DNA from: a virus
Direction: 5' to 3' (one strand)
DNA length: 38,904 bases
Virus record (IMG/VR): IMGVR_UViG_3300030330_005386
Span: 1 to 38,904 of that record
Position numbers and translations under genes: made by a program. The stretch's first letter is position 1. Each line of letters opens with the position of its first letter. The notes below the pieces were generated by a model. It worked only from the letters and a program-made list of their open reading frames with translations. It was not told where the DNA came from and did not search any database. Of the stretch, positions 38,326 to 38,904 are shown one piece after another.

Positions 38326-38353
38326 AAAAAAATAGAGGATCCGAAGATCCTCT
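38326..38353 (-). terminator. Rho-independent terminator between psbA and psbD
   Basis: Minus strand reads AGAGGAUC-UUCG-GAUCCUCU (8-bp stem, UUCG tetraloop) followed by AUUUUUUUC. It starts 20 nt after the psbA stop and ends 27 nt before the psbD ATG. Confidence 0.8.
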
Positions 38354-38373
38354 AAGAAATATGTTGCGTTAAA

Positions 38374-38904
<531 letters not shown>

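Overview
This window reads as a segment of a T4-like cyanomyovirus (marine Synechococcus/Prochlorococcus phage). Almost all genes are on the minus strand, tightly packed and often translationally coupled through ATGA or TAATG overlaps. Left to right: (i) 1-10.7 kb holds fibre and adhesin-type virion genes. These are a Gly-rich fragment, an 880-aa fibre-like protein, a 665-aa Ig-like plus glycine-rich-domain protein, and a 1959-aa giant structural protein. (ii) Two back-to-back tRNAs, Leu-UAA and Thr-UGU. (iii) 11-24.5 kb is the baseplate/tail core: small ORFs, 486-, 325- and 206-aa structural proteins, a gp5-like OB-fold hub, a CP12-like ORF, a gp27-like hub, two paralogous tape-measure-like proteins (one with a GH19 muramidase domain), and gp2-like and gp3-like genes. 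(iv) A short plus-strand block holds gp4, a 164-aa ORF, a gp48/54-like gene and gp53. (v) 27.5-38.9 kb carries replication and auxiliary metabolic genes: gp32, a DUF1825-like ORF, gp59, a 2OG-Fe(II) oxygenase, gp33, a PD-(D/E)XK nuclease, phoH, thyX, speD, a glutaredoxin, talC, psbD and the 3' part of psbA. The most unusual item is a self-contained cassette at about 32.94-33.31 kb on the minus strand. It has a near-consensus sigma70 promoter, two tandem covarying hairpin modules that look like a tandem glutamine riboswitch, an untracked 55-aa ORF with two YRG motifs, and a strong terminator. Other leads are a roughly 180-nt multi-hairpin leader at 35.6-35.8 kb, CP12 wedged between baseplate hub genes, a cell-puncturing apparatus whose modules are distributed over separate genes, a perfect 54-bp in-frame tandem repeat, a cysteine-less glutaredoxin paralogue and a cysteine-free gp32. 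All homology calls come from motif recognition by eye; no searches were run.
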